64,000 bases of DNA from Octopus sinensis (Eukaryota): NCBI RefSeq assembly GCF_006345805.1, contig NC_043002.1, forward strand, positions 39,866,001 to 39,930,000, read 5' to 3'. Made by a program: the position numbers and the translations under genes. This document shows, piece by piece, positions 60,901 to 64,000 of this stretch. The notes under the pieces are model-generated. The model saw nothing but the letters and a program-made list of their open reading frames with translations, was not told the DNA's origin and did not search any database. Positions within the stretch are counted from its first letter, which is position 1, and the number at the start of each line of letters is the position of its first letter.

Positions 60901-62944
60901 AGACAGATAGACGGAAAGTAGCAAAAGAATAAATCTGTAGTTGCTGTTGTTGTTGGTAGTGGTGGTGTTAAAAAATTCTCTTCAGAGTTCGAAAGTAGCA
61001 TAAATCTAGATAGAGCTTTTGTTTAAGCTTGAGGGTAGAATAGGATAGGCAAACTTATGATCAAAGGTGTTCTACTCGTGACCATACTATCTTTCTATTC
61101 AACCACAATGTATCCAGAGCTACAACTACACCCTCCAAAGTGTCCTAGCTTAAAAAAAATAAATAAAATAGTAGGCTGTTGTCTGAGGGAGATTTGCCGA
61201 ACCACTACTTTCTTCTGTGGTGGCTCTTCTAGCAGACTTCGTGCACAACAGACACAATATAAAGCCAAATAGAAAACAGTTGTACTCCTATGCTGACCTG
61301 TAACTGAATTAAACTAAACTAAACAAGGTGTACAATGCTAATTAACCTTAATCCACTATCATTAAGTTAGGAAATGAGTCTAAGAAAAGTCTAGTTAATA
61401 TCAAAATTATGTCATCAGTTCGGCTTTTTTTTTTATTTTTCCTGTACATATTTTTATCCTTTAGAAACAACGAAATAATTACTATTGGTGTTTTTGTAGG
61501 TCATTGTTCTTGTCAGGCGATGTAATAATAATTAGAGGATGTCTAAGGAAAACAATAGAAAAAGGGTTAATTAGATAGATTTAGTTTTTGTTTATTGGTT
61601 TTATTTTAAACTTGTAATTCAATATACGAATTCCTTATTAAATAAAAGAAATTTTTTTCAAGAAAAGTCGATGCCAAATTCAGGTTGGTATTTGTCAAAA
61701 TCTTTTGCTTTTTTGCTGTCAACATTTTTCTTTCGTTTCTAGGTGGTTTTAAACCTCTTCAACTTATGTATAATTAAATAGGTAGAAAACAGGAGACTAT
61801 GAAACAGTAGTATTTTAAGAAGAGTAATAGACTAAAGGATATTTCTCTTTTAATTTAATATAGTTGCAAGAAAAGATTTTCTTCTAAGTACAGCTGAAAA
61901 GCAATGAAACAATTTTTCATGAAAATGATGGTCGTTATATGCATTTAACAAGGAAAATTTGTAACAGCAATTTAATAATGATCTTTTGAAGTACTAATAT
62001 TAACAAGATAAAGAGATTTCAACAGAAATCTGTCTTGAAAGAATTTATATAAACAAGACAATGAATCATAATTTGCAGTTTCTTCTTTTCAATACAATAA
62101 ATTATACATAAAGCAAAGATCCCTTCGAAAAATATGTGGCACTACTACTAAACTTGCAAGCAGAAGAGGGTGGGGGACATTCTTTGTCAAATGGTTTATG
62201 CTGGAAAAATCAAGCTGAAATAGAGGAACGTTGCAGATGATTTTTAGTTGCTGTAAACAACCATATACTTTCATAAGACTTATTTTCAGATGTAATAAAA
62301 TTCTTTACTACACACACACAGTTAAAATGAAAGAGAGAGAGAGAGTAAACAGACAGAAACTGAGACAGAGAGTAGACAACAGACAAACGATAGATAGATA
62401 GATAGATAGACAGACAGACAACCAGTTAGACAGACAGACAGACCGATGGATATAACAGGAAATATTTAGCATTTTTATCAATGTCTGTTAGAGTTTTATT
62501 AGTTAATTTATGCTACAGTTAACAAGTTTGACAAGTAAATTTAGTGTTGGTTAAGGTCAATTTCTTAATTTTTTGTATTTCTCTTCCTTTCCTTTGGGAA
62601 ATCTATTTATTCTCTTAAAATAAAATATACAATGGAGAATAGTGTATTTGTGGACTTGAAGAACAATGTAAAGAACCGGCTTCCCATTTGACGTCAGTCT
62701 AAAAATAATATCAATTTTAGAGTTTAGCCTTCTGCTTTCATAAATGTTTCAAACATTAATTGCTTCAACAGTAATCAATGAAACAAAAGAACAAAAAGAA
62801 AAGAAAATGTTATGGTAACCATTTTACTGTGAAAAACTAAATAATATTCGCCCCAAATTTCATTACTCAACCACAGAAAGCTGTTTTATATACCAGTTCA
62901 TCTTTTGTCGAGGAATGTCATGTTTGAAAGTATATTCTTTTGAG

Positions 62945-63540
62945 ATATAGGCTCAGACATGGTTGTGTGGTAAGAAGTTTGCTTCCCAACCACATGGTTG
63001 CAAGTTCAATCCCATTGTGTGGTATCTTAGTCAAGTGTCCACTACTATAGCCTCAGGCCAACCAAAGTCTTATGAGTGGATTTGGTAGAAGAAAACTGAA
63101 AGAAGCCTGTTGTACACGGCAGAACCGTTAGCACGCTGGGCGAAATGTGTAGCCGTTACGTTCTGAGTTCAAATTCCGCTGAGGTCGACTTTGCCTTTCA
63201 TCCTTTCAGGGTCGATAAATTAAGTGCCAGTTACGCACTGGGGTCGATGTAATCGACTTAGTTCGTTTGTCTGTCCTTGTTTAGCCCCTTGTGGGTAATA
63301 AAGAAACATATATATATATATATGCACGTATATATGTGTGTTTTTGTGTCTGTGTTTGTTTACTTGCCCCACTGCTTGACATCTGGTGTGTTTACATCCA
63401 CATAATTTAACAGTTTAGCAAAAGAGAATAAGTTCCAGGCTTAAAAAAGTACTGGGGTCTATTCAACTAAAAATTTGTCAGGGCATTGCCCCAACATGGC
63501 CGCAGTCTAATGACTGAAACAAGTAAAAGATAAAAGAATA
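62945..63540 (+). mobile_element. SINE family B with a nested SINE family A (63117-63306)
   Basis: B head to actgaaagaagcc, then A body ggcagaaccgttagcac...aagaaac, then B tail. Confidence 0.88.
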
Positions 63541-63764
63541 TAGAAGAAATATGTTAAGTTTAATGAAGCAACATGACTTGCAGAAAATACCAGTTCTATT
63601 TTTTGGTAGATTGGTAGATACTTACTGATTGTTGCTGGAATAACAATGAAATTAAATTTCACTGTTAAAAGGTTAAAGAAATAGAAAAAAAGTTTGTTCT
63701 CAAGTTCAGCAAATAATTTTATTCTTGGTTAAGATCAGTTTTTTATTCATAAATATTTGGATAT

Positions 63765-64000
63765 TGAAGTGACTGGCACCTGTGCCGGTGGCACTTAAAA
63801 TGCACCGCTCGAGCGTTGAACCACATGGAGCCAGTGACAGGTGATCAAGACCACTGGCAGTATACCATGCATGTGTAGACCCGTCAAGCCAAGTAAGACC
63901 ATAGTCTTGGCTGATGCCTGTGTGAAATCAATGGCACCCATGCCAGTGGCACATAAAAACACCCACAACATTCTCAGAGTGGCTGGCATTAGGAAGGACA
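63765..64000 (+). mobile_element. RTE 3' UTR fragment running off the window end
   Basis: ggtggcacttaaaatgcacc / gtggcacataaaaacaccc modules; ggcattaggaagg. Confidence 0.75.

Noticed and set aside
1369-63989. Dozens of tracked ORFs rich in YI/HT/CV/MY, poly-H, poly-S, poly-D or poly-M
   Set aside because: They are translations of (TA)n, (TACA)n, (CA)n and (CAT)n microsatellites, or antisense/off-frame readings of SINEs and LINEs; no gene-like features.

Overview
AT-rich, microsatellite-dense animal genomic DNA that is almost entirely non-coding. The repeat landscape (tRNA-derived SINE families, RTE LINEs with (ATG)n tails, TTAGGG repeats) suggests a coleoid cephalopod, most likely Octopus; this is an inference. 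No host protein-coding gene can be confidently reconstructed. Most ORFs in the track are microsatellite artefacts, and the only real protein-coding signals are decayed transposon ORFs: Tigger/pogo, three mariners, a D37D maT element, RTE RT fragments, an R4/Dong-like endonuclease C-terminus and a Penelope-like remnant. The most striking hidden feature is a set of seven type I minimal hammerhead-ribozyme motifs at five separate loci: 16.1 kb, 25.5/25.7 kb, 28.9 kb, 36.3 kb (x2) and 54.6 kb. Each has a short, palindromic or near-palindromic stem III. They sit in terminally redundant units (433 and ~540 bp) or head-to-head foldbacks, and one is attached to a Penelope-like RT/GIY-YIG remnant. This points to a Penelope/retrozyme-type RNA element system. 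Other notable items: SINE multimers with a fixed 184-bp period and an identical junction, one of them inside a single TSD; a C4HC3 PHD-type finger inside the RTE reverse transcriptase region in three subfamilies; a mariner derivative built from two left ends; a foldback element carrying an interstitial TTAGGG array; a 121-nt near-perfect hairpin; and a SINE-poor, motif-rich putative regulatory region near 59-61 kb.
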